This document shows, one piece after another, positions 1 through 17,879 of a stretch of DNA of 64,000 nt. The DNA comes from the human T2T-CHM13v2.0 reference genome, Homo sapiens. Made by a program: the position numbers and the translations under genes. The stretch's first letter is position 1. Each line of letters opens with the position of its first letter. The notes under the pieces are model-generated. The model searched no databases. It saw only the letters and a program-made list of their open reading frames with translations, and was not told where the DNA came from. The DNA lies in assembly GCF_009914755.1 (NCBI RefSeq), contig NC_060930.1. One strand, given 5' to 3'.

Positions 1-271
1 TTATTCTGATAGGGATTTGGATAGGGATGACATTGAATTTGTAGATCAAGGTGGAGAATTTTGTCATATAATGATGTTAAATCCTCTGACACATGAACAT
101 GGGATATTTTTCCAGTTATTTAGATCTTTAATTTCTTTCAACAATATTTTGTAGTTTTTCAGAGTATAAATTTAGTAATTCTTTTCTTAAATTTATTTTG
201 ATGCTATTATAAATGGAATTCTTAATTTCATTTCTGGATTATTCATTGTGACTGTATAGAAATACATTTGA

Positions 272-595
<324 letters not shown>

Positions 596-756
596 TAGTC
601 TTGCATCCTGCAGCCTTGTGAAGCTTGTTTTTGGGTCTTAGTTTTTTTTTTTTTTTTTTTTTTTTAGTTAATTCCCTGGGATTTTCTATATACAATATTA
701 TGTCATGTATGAATAGTTTTACTTTTTCCTTTTCAATATGGATGCCTTTTGTATCT

Positions 757-1064
757 TTTTGTTTGTTTGTTTGTTTTTGAGATGGAGTCTCACTCTTGTT
801 GCCAGGCTGGAGTGCAATGGCATGATCTCAGCTCACTGCAACCTCCGCGTCTCCCAGGTTCAAGCGATTCTCCTGCCTTAGCCTCCCAAGTAGCTGGGAT
901 TACAGGCGCCCACCACCATGTCCGGCTAATTTTTTTGTATTTTTAGTAGAGACGGGGTTTTACCATGTTGGTCAGGCTGCTCTCAAATTCCTGACCTCAG
1001 ATGATCTGTCCACCTTGACCTCCCAAAATGCTGGGATTACAGGCATGAGCCACCACGCCTGGCT
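757..1064 (-). mobile_element. Alu (AluS-like)
   Basis: Antisense Alu dimer with (GTTT)n tail. Confidence 0.95.
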
Positions 1065-2324
1065 GCCTTTCATATCTTTTTATTGCCTAATTGCCCTGGC
1101 TAGAACCTCCAATTCATTGTTGAATAGAAGCCTCAAAGAGGACATCCTTGCCTTGTTCCTGATCCTAGGGGGAAAGCATTTAGTCTTTAAATATGATGGT
1201 AGCTTTGGGTTTTTCATAGATGTCCTTTATCAGGTTGAGGAAGTTTCCTTCTCTTCTTAGTTTATTGACTGTTTTTATCACAAAATGGTGTTGGAGTTTG
1301 TCAAATACTTTATCTGCATCTATTAAGATGATCATGCAATTTTAATTTGTTATTGATAGAATAGAATGTATTACATTAATAGATTTTTGTATGCTAAACC
1401 AGCCTTGCATTCCTGGGAGAAGTTTCACTTGGTCATGGTGTATAATGCTTTGTATATATTGCTGAATTTGGTTTTGTAGTATTTTGCTGAGGATTTTCAT
1501 GTCTATATTTAGAAGAGATATTGGTCTGTAATTTTCTTTTTTTGTGGTATCCTTCTCTAGTTTTGTCATTAGTGTAATACTGACTTTATTTTATACATAA
1601 ATTCATAAATTGCATATATTTATGGTGTACAGTATGATGTTTTGAAATATATTGACTTCATTAAAATGAGGTCAATATTACTAATCCCAAAACTAGAAAA
1701 GGATATCACAAGAAAAGAAAATTGGGAAATATTCCTGTTCTTCTGCTTTTTGGAAGAGCTTGTGAAGAATTTGTATTAATTTTTTGTTACATGTCTGGTA
1801 GAATTCATTGGTGAAGAATTCATTGCACTTGGGCCTCAGCTTTCCTTCATGGGAAAGTTTTTGATTACTGATGGAATCTCTACTTGTGATAGCTCTATGA
1901 AAGTTTCTGTTTCTTCTTGAGTCAGTTTTGGTAGCTTGTGTCTTTCTAGGAATTTGTCCATCTTGTCTAAGTTATCTAATATATTGGTGTACAGTTGTTC
2001 ATTGTGTATTTTGTAATCTTTTTTTATTTCTGCAAGGTCGGTAGAAATGAACCCTCTTTCATGTTTTATCTAGTAATTTCAGTCTTCTATTCTTCTTGGC
2101 TAGTCTAAGATAAAGGTTTGTCTATTTGTTGATCTTTTTAAAGAACCAGCTTTTGGTATCATTGATTTTCTCTATTACTTTCCTATTCTTTATTTTATTA
2201 ATTTTTACTCTGTTCTCTACTATTTCCTTCCTTCTGTTTGCTTTAGATTTTGTTTGCTATTCCCCCCAGGGGTTAAGGGTGGAATGTTAGGTTATCAATT
2301 GAAGATCTTCTGTCTTTTGTTTAG

Positions 2325-2927
2325 ATATTTATTTATTTATTGAGACAGGGTCTCACTCTGTCGCCCAGGCTGGAATGCAGTGGCGCAGTCTTGGCTCAAT
2401 ACAACCTCAACCTCTTGCACTCATGTGATCCTCCCACCCCAGCCTCCTGAGTAGCTGGGACTACAGGCGTGCACCATCATGCCTGGCTAATTTTTGTATT
2501 TTTTTGGTAGAGACAGGGCTTCACCATGTTGCCCAAACTGGTTTCGAACTCCTGAGCTCAAGCATCCACCTACCTTGACCTCCCAAAGTGCTGGGATTAC
2601 AGGTTGGTGTAAGCCACCGCACCCAGTGTCGGGATGTTTTTTTTTTTTTTTTTGAGACAGAGTTTCACTCTTGTTGCCCAGGCCGGAGTGTGATGGCGCG
2701 ATCTTGGCTCACCGCAACCTCCGCCTCCCGGGTTCAAGCAATTCTCCTGCCTCAGCCTCCTGAGTAGCTGGGATTACAGGCATGTGCCACCACACCTGGC
2801 TAATTTTTTATTTTTAGTAGAGACAGGGTTTCTCCATGTTGGTTGTTGGTCAGGCTAGTCTCAAACTCTGGACCTCAGGTGACCCGCCCGCCTCGGCCTC
2901 CCAAAGTGCTGGGATGACTGCCTGGCC
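2325..2927 (-). mobile_element. Two tandem antisense Alus (about 2325-2626 and 2637-2927)
   Basis: Two consecutive Alu dimers, each with its own T-rich tail. Confidence 0.93.
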
Positions 2928-3687
2928 ATGAGATCTTTTGTCTTTTAAAAAAATGATTTATTGTTTAAATTGACAAAGATTGCATATATTTATGGTGTAC
3001 AATATTACATTTGAAATATATGTATGTTGTAGAATGGCTAAATGAAGCTAATTAATATGGGTATTACTTCACATACATTTGTCATTCTTAATATAGGCAT
3101 TTATAGTTATAAATTTTCCTCTAAGTGCTGCTTTAGCTGCATCCCATCAGTTTTGGTATGTTGTGTCTTTATTTTCATTCATCTCAGAATATTTTTTATT
3201 CTTTTGCTTTCTTCTTTGAATCATTTGTTATTTAGAAGTATGTTACTTAATTTCCACATATTTGTGAGTTTCCCAAACTCTTTCCTGTTATTGATTTTTA
3301 AGTTCATTCCATTTTGGTCAAATAATCTATTCCGTATGGATTTTATTTTTTAAAATGTATTATTTTATGGCCTAGCATATGATCTATCCTAGAGAATGTT
3401 CCATGTGCATTTGAGGACAATGTATATTGTGTTGTTGGGTGGAGTGTTCCATAGATGTCTCTTGATTCTAGTTAGTTTATTGTGTTGTTTTCTATTTCCT
3501 AGTTGATCTGCTATCTATGTTGAGAGTGAGTTATTAAAGTCTTCAACTATGATTGTTGAATTATCTATTTCTCCCTTAATTTCTGTCAGTCTTTGTGTCA
3601 TGTATTTTAGTGCTCTGTTATTAAGTGCAAATTGGTGTATCTTCCTAATGAGTTAATTGTTTTATTATTACAAAATGACTCTCAACT

Positions 3688-3977
3688 AGGTGTGGTGGCT
3701 CACACTTGTAATTCCTACATTTTGGGAGGCTAAGGTGGGCAGATTGCTTGAGCTCAGGAATTTGAAACTAACCTGGGCAACATGGCAAAACCCCATAACT
3801 ACCAAAAAATATTCAATTATTAGCTGGGCATGGTGGCATTTGCCTGTAGTCCTAGTGACTCCAGAGACTGAGGTGGGAGGATTGCTTGAGCCCAGGAGGC
3901 AGCGATTGCAGTGAGCCAACATTGTGCCACTGCACTGCAGCAGAGTGAGAGACCGTGTTTCAAAATAAAATAAAATA
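3688..3977 (+). mobile_element. Alu (AluJ-like)
   Basis: Sense Alu dimer ending in (AAAAT)n. Confidence 0.9.
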
Positions 3978-4138
3978 GGGAGGGATAGCATTAGGAGATA
4001 TACCTAATGCTAAATGACGAGTTAATGGGTGCGGCACACCAGCATGGCACATGTATACATATGTAACTAACCTGCACATTGTGCACATGTACCCTAAAAC
4101 TTAAAGTATAATAATAAAAAAATAAAATAAAATAAAAA
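3978..4138 (+). mobile_element. 5'-truncated L1PA (L1PA2-4-like) 3' end inserted in the Alu tail
   Basis: GGGAGGGATAGCATTAGGAGATATACCTAATG...GTACCCTAAAACTTAAAGTATAATAATAAAAAA is the canonical L1PA 3' UTR. It has GAG rather than ACA at the Ta diagnostic site. Confidence 0.92.
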
Positions 4139-6390
4139 TTCTCATTTCTAGTAACTTTTTTGTTTTAAAGTCTGTTTTATCTCACATTAGTATAGTCACT
4201 CCAGCTTTCTTGTTGTTACTGTTCTCATGATATTATCTTTTTCCATTCTTTTACTTTCAATCTATTTATATCTTTGAATCTAAGTGAGTTTCCTCTAGAC
4301 AGCCTATACTTTGGATCATTTTATTTGTGAAAGAAGCTTTGTTGGATATAGGATTATTGTTGGATATAGGAGTCTTGACTCACAGTTGTTGGTTTTTTTT
4401 TCTTTGAGCACTTTGAATACATTATCCCACTGTTTTCTTACCTCTATGGTTTCTGAGAAGCCAACTATTAATCTTATTGGGGTTCCCTTATAAAATAATG
4501 TCATTTTTATGTTGCTGCTTTCATGATTTTGTCCTTGTCTTCAACTTTTAGCATTTTTTCTCTGATGTATCTGTTGTGGCTCTTTTCATATTTAACCTAC
4601 TTGGAATTCATTGAGCTTCATATATATGTAGATTTTTGCTTTTCAATAAACTTGAGAAGTTTTCAGCCATTATTTCTTTGAATATTTTCTCTGCTCCTTT
4701 TTCTCCTTTGGTACTCCCATTATGTCTGCATCAGTGTAAATGATGGTGTCCCACATTTCTCTGGGCTTTCCATTTTTCTTCTTTTTTCTCTTTGTTCTTT
4801 GGCTTACATAGTCTCTATGAATCTACAAGTTTGCTTATTCTTTCTTCTGACAATTCAAATCTACCATTAAGCCTCTGAGTTTTTAAAAATTATATTTATT
4901 ATAACTTCTAAGTCCAAAATTTCCATTTGATTCTTTTCTATAATTTCTTTTTCTTTATTGATATTCTCTAGTTGATGCAACATTGTCGTACCTTTCTTTA
5001 CTTCTCAATCATGTTTTCCTTTAGTTCTGTGAATCTGTGGATAATGGCTAATTTGAAGTCTCTTTTTTTTTTGTTATAAATCTGTTCTCACAGGCAGTTT
5101 CTGTTGTCTGCTTTTTTTCCTAGTGTATGGGTCATGCTGTTTCTTTGCATGCCTTGTAATTTTTTGTTGCAATCTGGACATAATAGGTAATATATTGTAG
5201 CAACTTTGTGTATAGGTACTCCCCTCCCTCCAGGACTTATTGTTATCTGCTCATTTATTTGTTTAGTGACTGGCTGGGTTATTTTAATGAAATGTATTCC
5301 TGCATCCTCCCTCCAGCGTAAAGCCTCTGTGTTGCTCCTCGGGGAGATGCAGCATCCTATAGTCACCATGGGGTAACACTGGTTTTGGTAAGGTTCTCTT
5401 CCTCTTCTTCCTTGACCACTCCCAGGAATTAAACTTCACTAATTCTTGCTGATTGCTCTATTGTTTTCAACAGTTATCTGGTTTATAAATAGCTCTACAC
5501 TGTAATTCAATCAAATTCTGGCTCTTTTGAAGGAATAGTTTCTGACGTTAGTGTTTGATATTTGTTCTAATCCCCAGAGGGCTCCTCTAAGCTGTTTTAT
5601 TCCATGGTTTTCCTGGAAACTAGGCAGCCTTCAGTTTGTCCTGCATTCCAAATCCCAGTTGGACTGTCCTCCCAGTTGACTTCTGTCACAATCTCCAATG
5701 TTCTTGAGAGCACCCTTAGGGTTGAATGTCTCCACTATCTGTTGGAGATGAAGTCAGCTCCTTTGTGAAAGGATTAAGAGTTTCCTGTTTTACAGCTTGC
5801 TTCTCACATCAGGCAAAATCTCTAAGCCAAAGCTCTGGAGTTGCAAGTGGGAAAAATGGCAAACTTCTCTTTTAGTGAGCTGTAGAAGCTAAGTGCTTGA
5901 TAGAGGATTGAGAGCAGCAGACTGAGGTCCTCTTGTCTTGCCTCTCCTGGTAAGGCATGGAACCATCACCTTTCCAGATTGAGCAAGGGTGCTAAGGGGC
6001 CCAGTATTCTCAATGTGATGAGTTCAAGGTAGAGCCTCTGTCCCAATGGAAGAGGAGAGCCCCTGCCTCTCAACTGCACTAGCCCAGTGCTTAGCTTCAA
6101 CAATAGGTAGCTGAGGACAGGATGAGAAACAGTGATGTCTTGCTCTTTACAGGAAGGGGGCCCTCCAAGTGGAAGTTGAGGAAGGGGGATAAGTTGGAGA
6201 GGGAGCCTGTGTTCTTGATTATAGCAGTCTGGAGTGAAGTCTGTCTTGCTGAGCTGGGAAGGGGGTGGGAGCAAGTGGTCTTGGTTTATATACCACAGAT
6301 GCTTTCCTTTCTTACAGAATTTTCAGATTTCCTTTGATATATGTTTCTTCATTTGCTGTTGGCCCTTAGGACTGTCTCCATAGGCTTTAA

Positions 6391-6696
<306 letters not shown>

Positions 6697-6719
6697 TAAG
6701 AAAAAGAAAAGAATCAGAA

Positions 6720-8110
<1,391 letters not shown>

Positions 8111-8724
8111 CATACCGAGATGTCTTGCTTCTGCTTAGGATTTTTCACTCTCCTTTAGCTTGTAGGAAGTAACAAATGTTAGTTATACCTGTCTTAAATT
8201 CCTCCTCAGTTGCTCTTAAATAAATCAATTTTGACAATGATTTTAACATGTAGATTATTGTAAAAGAGGTTAGACGATATAACCTTCTAATAAGATTGTT
8301 ACAATTATACCTACCTACCGCACTACAGACCAATTCCTTTAATGAATACAATCTGGTTCTAATATTTTTGGTTGTCTGTGGTGTTTTCAAACCCCTTTTT
8401 AATCACCACAAGTGATTGAACCATCAGTAGTTTTGTTCAGTGGCCTGACATGGAATAATACTATTAATATGATCCAAATACACTGAACTGAACGGTGATT
8501 CTCCAAATCTTTCTAGAAAGAAAATAGGATGTGTAGGAAATTACTCACAATGTTTAGTAATAACACCAAAAACTACTGTCATCAGTGTACTCATAAGGCA
8601 AATGCATTTTGCTTGAAAGGGAGAATGTCCATATTCTAAATAAATTATGATAGCTTCCTCTAAATGAGTCAAGCAGCTTGTGCTTATGAGCCAGTGACAG
8701 AAATGAGCCACCGTCTTTTGTCCT

Positions 8725-9440
<716 letters not shown>

Positions 9441-9831
9441 TCAGGATGAAAATATCAACACTGATACTTTCCCTTTTTTGAAATTTATGAGTATCAGATA
9501 ATGTTTCTAAACAGGGCTTCCAAACTGATGCATTTAATTTGCCTCTTGGTGGCACACCCTTGGCCAAGAACACAGTCTCTAGAGTCTTAAATGCTGTTAG
9601 CAGCCAATGTTCAGATAGATGGTTCTATAAATTACCATTCAATACAAGCAGTAAGACAGTCGATGGAGATCTGATGAAAAATTTTAGTTTTGAAAACAAA
9701 ACTAGACTTCTTTGATACATAATGATAATGAGTTGAAGGAAGAATATCAACATAATGTCACTGATACAGATCTAGAAATCTATTATGATGTCATTTGGGA
9801 AAAAGTCTAAAAGTATTAAATTTAGGGGGGT

Positions 9832-10804
<973 letters not shown>

Positions 10805-10913
10805 GGATTTTCTTGTAAACACATAGTCCAGCTGCCCAGAAAAAAAATAAATTACTATTCCTGTTTAAGTAGGTTTTCTCTTTCAGGGATGCTTTTCTTG
10901 ATGGCTTGACATG

Positions 10914-11291
10914 TGATATGGTTTGGATTTGTGTCCTCACCCAAATTCCATGTGGAATTGTAATCCCCAATATTGGGGGAGGGGCCTGGTGGGAGGTGAT
11001 TGGATCATGGGGGCGGATTTCCCCCTTGCTGTTCTCTAATAATGAGTGAGTTCTCACGAGATCTAGTTGTTAAAAAGTGTGTAGCACCTCCCTGCTTTGC
11101 TTTCTTCCTCCTCTGCCCATGTAAAGAGGTTCCTCCTTCCTCTTCACCTTCTGCCACAATTTTAAGTTTCCCAAGGCCTCCCCAGCCATGCTTCCTGTAC
11201 AGCCTGTGGAACTGTGAGCCAATTAAACCTCTTTCTTTTATAAATTACGCAGTTTCAGGTAGTTCTTTATAGCAGTGCAAGAACGAATACA
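10914..11291 (+). mobile_element. MaLR solo LTR (MSTA/MST-like)
   Basis: TGATATGGTTTGGATTTGTGTCC...CTTTATAGCAGTGCAAGAACGAATACA, with a 5-bp TSD ACATG on both sides. Confidence 0.9.
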
Positions 11292-11916
11292 ACATGGTTC
11301 TAATTATCCTATATATTTCTTGAATTTTTGAAAAATATGCTTTGAGAAATGTTAGGTAAACATTTTCAGTGGAGATAAAACACTGTAATGTTATCTTTAT
11401 AGCATACATACCAAAATTTAAACATTACATTCCCCAATTATTAGACATTTAGATATTTTCCAGTTTTTGCTGTTATAAAAAAACCTGTGATGTATCTTCA
11501 GGAAAATCCCTGCAACTACAGTTACTGAGTTGTATGGTGTGAGAAGTTTTTGGGTCTAGCCACATACTGCTTGTTTTCCAAGAATTTTACCCATTAACTC
11601 CTGCCTCAACTGATTAAATATTAGAGGACACTTTCACCAGCCCACTAGGAAGAGCTTTTAAATACAAGTTTTGCCTACACATTAACGTTTTAAAAATATT
11701 TAATTTACACACAGCTTTTGAAGAACTCCCCATGCACGTCTGTCATTCTCAATTGGCTTCCACAAGTCTCAAACTTACTAGGTAGAAAGTAACTAAAGTC
11801 ATAAAGCACTTGGTGGAAATGCAGGAAATGTCAAATATTAAACAATAATTACTACAGGCTTAGGCAATCAGATGGTAGTTTTGCATACAAACAAAAACAG
11901 GAATCTGAGATGTTAA

Positions 11917-12226
<310 letters not shown>

Positions 12227-12996
12227 TAAAATAATGTTATCACTTAATTCTTTTCATAAACTTTATTGACAACGATTGGTGTGTTTTTTTAAAAAACCTT
12301 TTTAAATTTTTGGTAAGGTATTACCTGAGAACAGATTAAATGCATAGTTGAATATAAAAGATCTATTTTATAGACTGGTTTATGAGTGTGAACACACAAA
12401 AGGTTAAAAGGTCAACCTTACAGCAGTCTATAAATAGATCTCTCATATTCTCTCAGTATATCTGAGAATATTGAAAAAGTGCATTTCAAAATCACTGGCT
12501 AGGGTTTAGTGATAGTTAGGTAGACCTCGGTTCCCTTTCCTATTGGGCCCTGGATTTCCCATCCCTATTTTCTTCCTCAGGTGTATTAATACTGGCAGGG
12601 CCTGGGAGACTGACGCTAGGGAAGAGGTGTGTAATGTAAGGATACTTCAGATTCTTTCCTGATCCTAGGATTCAGCTAAACCTCCACATAGCCCCTGTCC
12701 TCAAAAATGAGTAAATACATAAATTTAAAAATGAAAGGAAAAAAAGAGAAATCCGTTCCCACCACCCACCTTCAGGGCTAAAACAGAAAAATCAATGAGC
12801 TGCGCTTCACAACCATACCAAAACCAAACAAATACCAACTCAAACCCTCCTTCACATCCTCCCACATCTTCCCAGTGCTTCGCTATCTCACAGGACCCAG
12901 CTGGCCCCTGGCTTCGCCCCACCCACTGCAGCTGGCGTCTTTTAGGCGCATGGTTCTTTTCCTCTCCGGCGAGGGGCGGTCTCGGGGCGGACCCGA

Positions 12997-13015
12997 ACTA
13001 CAATTCCCAGCATCC
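12997..13015 (+). promoter_or_regulatory. ZNF143/THAP11 (SBS) motif ACTACAATTCCCAGCATCC
   Basis: Close match to the ACTACAnnTCCCA(G/A) promoter motif, upstream of exon 1. Confidence 0.8.
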
Positions 13016-13255
13016 TGCGCGGCGCGGGGAAGGAAGCCCGGGAGTGAGAGAAAGCGGCTCCGGGGGCATAGCGGGCCAGTAAGGGCCGCTCCTCCTTTGA
13101 AGAGGTTTTGCGTCTCTTTCCGCCGGTGGCGTCGGCGCTCACGCAGGGGCGGGTCCCGGTAGCGCCAGGCGGTGCAGGGCGGGAAGGGGATTCGTGGCGA
13201 CGGCGGCGGCAGGGACAGCAGGAGCAGTGGTGCTGTCAGCGCGGCCGTCGGAGAC

Positions 13256-13276
13256 ATGGGAGACCCGGGGTCGGAG
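13256..13276 (+). CDS. ZNF451: ZNF451 coding exon 1 (MGDPGSE)
   Basis: ATG in GACATGG context, followed by the donor GAG|GTGAGT; matches the ZNF451 N-terminus. Confidence 0.95.
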
Positions 13277-13812
13277 GTGAGTAGTCGAGTGAGGGTCCTG
13301 GCGTTCTCAGAGGCGAACCGCGAAGGGTTTGTGTTTTCTGCGGTCTGAGGCCTGGTGCTCCGTCGCAGCCTCGGGGCGATACCTCTTCAGTGTCTTGGGC
13401 CGAGCCCAGCTCTGGGGCCTGGTGCGTGTCTGAGCGAGGAACCCGCAGCAACAATGGCCGCCCGGCCCCCCGCACGGGCCCTGGCGTTCGTTGTGGCCGC
13501 GGCTGGGCCAGTGGGAGCGACGTTTTAAGGCAGGATTGCCCTTCGGTGTTGAGCTTGCGTTCCTCCTGGAGTAGATAAGGGGAATTGTGAGAGGCTGGTA
13601 ACTAACGCGTTTTCAGCGTTGGGTCCCTGCAGCTCCGCACACTCTGTGGCAAGAGCCAGAGCTCGAGTTCCGTTCCTAGTCGGGTTTCCGTGAAATTGTG
13701 CTCAGTTCGTTTTCCTCAAGAGCTCTCTGTCTTTAATTGTTCCTTTCGGAAACGCTCTCTTCCTACACGAATGTGGCTGAACAGATAAGCATGTTTTGGC
13801 TTGTTTTTATAG

Positions 13813-13896
13813 ATAATAGAATCTGTCCCTCCAGCTGGCCCTGAGGCATCTGAGTCAACAACGGATGAAAATGAAGACGACATTCAGTTTGTCAGT
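13813..13896 (+). CDS. ZNF451: ZNF451 coding exon 2 ([28 protein letters not shown]), containing SIM1
   Basis: TTTTATAG| acceptor, |GTAAGT donor, 84 nt, phase 0; acidic SIM DDIQFV. Confidence 0.96.
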
Positions 13897-14436
13897 GTAA
13901 GTAGCAATGATGATTGGGGTTTTCCCAGAGTAAAAGACTATGGTGGGCCATTATGTAATGTTACCTCACCTGGTCATTTAATGTTCATGAGTGTCTAATA
14001 CATACTAGACACTGGAGCATGGCGCAGGATTGGGAAATTTACCAAAAGAGCTATCTGAGCCACCCCCGTAGCCATCACAAAGAGCACGTCCTAAAGAACG
14101 TGCTGTACACTTAATCTCGCCCCCTGCCTTTCATTTAAACTTAAGATAAAAACGCTGGTGTCTAAAACGCTGTTTTGAAATGGAGCAAGAGTAACTTCTA
14201 AAGGCGACACGGAGGAAGGAGCTGCTAATGATGAGCAAGGACGTAGAAAACAGGAAGGGTTGTGAGAGCCCAGAATCTTAGCGTTATGGTGCTTCTAACA
14301 TGAAGGCAAATAGCTTGAAGATTTCTCTAACCTCTGAGATCATCATGTTACGGCATAGTACAGTTGATGCTCATAATGAAGAATCCTACATCACTGGGAA
14401 CATGCTCTATTTTTCTGAGTTTGTTCCCTTTGAGAC

Positions 14437-14578
14437 AGTAGTTTTCAAGCCTTAGTAAGTATAAACAGGCAGATTCCTGGGCCCCACTGCAGACCTACCG
14501 AATCAGAATTTCCAGGCGGGGGCCTAGGAATCTTCATTTTCAGACAAGTGCAGGGACATAAGGATTTCTGAGCACACT
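14437..14578. mobile_element. MER5-like hAT-Charlie MITE
   Basis: CAGTAGTTTTCAAG...GCAGATTCCTGGGCCCCACTGCAGACCTACCGAATCAGAAT. Confidence 0.7.
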
Positions 14579-17294
14579 TTGTACAGCATGGGTTTCCAAA
14601 GCAGAAGAGAGTGTTTTATGATGTATTTTGGGGTGATTTTCTTCCATAATTATTGGAGTTTTAGAAAGGCTTTGCGTAAAGTGGTATCTCAGCTCGCCAG
14701 GCAGAAAACGGTTCTGTCCCCAACTCGTCTTTTGGAATGCCGTAGTTAGTTGCAGTTTGGTATTCAAGCTGTAGAATTTTTCGTTGAGTGTCAGATGTGC
14801 ATTTATGGTGGATGCTGGGAAACCTTGTAAAATTGGTTATTAAACAGTTTCTTTCCCAGCATTAGGGCCATTTTGGTAATTCATTTTTGTATGGTATTTT
14901 AATAGATTTGTTTAGGAGTCCTTCACAAGATTGTTTTATTGAATTTCTTTCCCTTTACCAGTGTATGTTGTACTCTCTCCTTTTCATTTTGATCTTCTAC
15001 GGATTTGGAGTAGAGGATGGGGGTGAATTGTATCCTGTCCTTTCCTTCACCATGCGCTGAAGTATGTTTAATAACAGGTTTCCATGGCTCTTGAGGACAG
15101 ATATTTCAGGTTCTTCCTGAATCTTGGTATATTTGTGAAGAGAATTTTTTTCTTATGGTGTTTAGTAGAAATAATACTAGGAATGACATACTTCTTTATG
15201 AACTATGGCCCTTTTTGAGAAACACGAGTAGCATCTCTTAATATTTGAAAAATGTTTTGTGTAATGAATTACAGTGTAGCTTGTGACTAGTTAATGTAGG
15301 CTTGAGTTCACCTTTGGTTTAAAGGAGTCTTTAAATTTTATGTTGAATGTAGAGGATCACTTCCGTCTTTGCATCAAGAGTAAAGAATGTACAATCATTG
15401 AATATCTGACATGATACAACTTCTTACTCTTGTTCCCAAATAAAGGTTCAGAGGTTTGACAGTTCCACATGGAGAAGTGAATTATATGTTGTAAGTGTAA
15501 TTACAATACTAGAAGAAGCCTATTAAAAATTTTCCCTTTACATTTAAGTGGCACCACTTACATGACAATAATAGCTTAATTATATTTCAAAATATATTCA
15601 GAGACAGAATCTTTACTTTTCTCTGGAATCCAATCCTATATGTGGCTCCTCCAGTCAGTAATGCTTATTCAGTAAAGATGAAAAAGTTTGATTTTTTCAG
15701 ATAAAAAATGAGTATTGTGATGTTACTTCTTCGTTTTTACGGTTTGGATTTCATAGCTCTTACTAACCTAATTTTCCCACTTTTAGTCCACTTGGTGGCC
15801 CAGGAGTTATTCTGTGATTTGTAGAATACAGAATCTGAAACTAAACACAGCATGCTGAAGGAAAGGAGTGATATAGATATGGAGGGGGGTGCAAAAATGG
15901 GCCCTCTCATTTAAATTTTATTGAAATATACATAAAAGTGCACAATTCATAAGTATACTTGTTGGATAAAGTTTTGCAAAGCCTCATACATCTATGTAAA
16001 CAGCGCCTAAATCAAGAAACAGAATGCTGCCATAACAAAAACTTCTTATTTAGGTCTGTTGTTCTTATTTCTGTTTAGTAATATGATCCTTTATTCAACT
16101 ACTGTTTTTATATCTTTCTTTGAAATTGCAGATTTTTTATGTGATTTACTTCTAAAAAACTAATAGCTGATGATGTGATAGTTCACAGTGCTGTTCTAGA
16201 TATGAAGGTATACAAACTGCTGAGGGAACCTATCGTAATTTTGCTAACAAAACAATACAAGAGATTCAGGTTTCAGCCAAGATTATTGATATAGTGTAGA
16301 ATCATTGGAAGTCAGTGAAATCAGGATATAATTTCCTAAATAGCTTCAGTACCACATAGATCAAGTATTAATACTTTAGCTGCAGAAGGGAGTCAGGCAG
16401 AAAATAGTATTATTTGGCTGGGTGTCTTGGGGCTGTGATTGGTTTAATAAATAAAAAGTGTTGAAGCTCATAATATGCAAAGCCGTGAGTTAAGTTCCTT
16501 AGAGCTACAAGGATTAATTTGAAATACATCCTACCCTTAAGGGTCAGTATTTTAGTGTGAATGATGAGATAGGAGGTGAGAAGTATGTAAATAGTCCTTA
16601 GAGGTAGTAGAAAGTTCTCTTACAGAAAGTACATAGTGCTGTTAAAAAAGGACATAAGACTTGCAGTTTATCATAGTAGTAGTTAGTAGTAGTAATAAGT
16701 AGTAGTTAGGATTTATATGTGTTTAAAAGGGCATTTTGAGTAGAAGAAACAAGGAAAGGCATCAGAATGGGAAAGCAGAGAGGATTATGTGTAGTCGTGA
16801 AAGATTTTTTGTTGTTTTTTAAGGTGGGAGGAGGCGGCATGGGCCAGGTAGTATAGATCTTGAATGTTGGATTAAATTTGAACTATAAAACAGGCACAAT
16901 TGGAAACTATTTGAAATGTTGCCTGTCAGGACTGCACAAGTAACCTGTGTCCCTGACTTCTCTATATGGGGGGAAAAATGAATTATTTAGGGTTTCAGAT
17001 TTATGCTCAAATCCATATTCTTTGTTTTAGAGAAAACTTTGGTTGTAGTAAACTACCTTTTTAGTAGACCATATTTTGGTGTATTGATATCTCTTTCCAA
17101 TTAGTAGGAAATTGGTGTTTTGGCTTAGAGAATCAGTTTTCTCATAACAGGAATGAAAGCTTTTTATTTCATGAAACATATTTTAAAACTTAGAATATTG
17201 GTTTAACTGTTTTCCTAAACTGTTTTGCCATGCTTCTACATGTGCTTCTGCCCCTAAATTGTGTGGTATTGGGAATAGAATTCTTTAATTTTTA

Positions 17295-17475
17295 AATTTT
17301 ATTTTTATTTAATTTTTTATTTCTATTTCAGAGACAGGGTCTCACTCTTGCCCAGGCTGGAGTGCAGTGGTATGATCATAGCTTACTGCAGTTTTAAACT
17401 TGTGGGTTCAAGCAACCCTCCCTCCCCAGCCTTCCGAGTAGCTGGGACTACAGGTGCACTCCACCATGCCCTGCT
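17295..17475 (-). mobile_element. Partial Alu (one arm)
   Basis: GAGACAGGGTCTCACTCTTGCCCAGGCTGGAGTGCAGTGG... Confidence 0.85.
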
Positions 17476-17879
17476 TAGAATCCTTTATTTTTTGTTAGTG
17501 GTGCAATAGGGCATGAGAATGATGGTTTACTAGTTGATGGATAGAACAAATGCAAATAAAAATACCTTGTAATTACAGGACCATACGCAGTTATAGTTGT
17601 TAAAGATATAAGTAGTAATTATAAATATTATACCAAATTATTTTTTCTTGATATTTTTATTATAAACATAACTTCTTTTGAGAAATTGGTAATTTATTTT
17701 TGGTCAGTGTTACAAAGTATTCACAGATGGGGTAATAGAGGTAGTCCATTTTCTCTTAAGGAAGAAAAAATGTGTTATTTCAGGAACTCAGGTAATAAAC
17801 ATTGATTTAAAAATAGTATTTATGTTTTGAACTACCTCACAATTATAGTGCCTGTACAGCCAGTTGTGTTTAGAGAACC

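Larger units (their letters stand above)
12880..13700. promoter_or_regulatory. ZNF451: CpG island and promoter of ZNF451
   Basis: Sharp rise in GC and CpG content over exon 1; GC boxes GGGGCGG at about 12973, 12984 and 13146. Confidence 0.92.

Noticed and set aside
12725-13578. Overlapping Arg/Gly/Pro-rich ORFs in the CpG island
   Set aside because: Expected from high GC content and few stop codons; no coding signature apart from exon 1.
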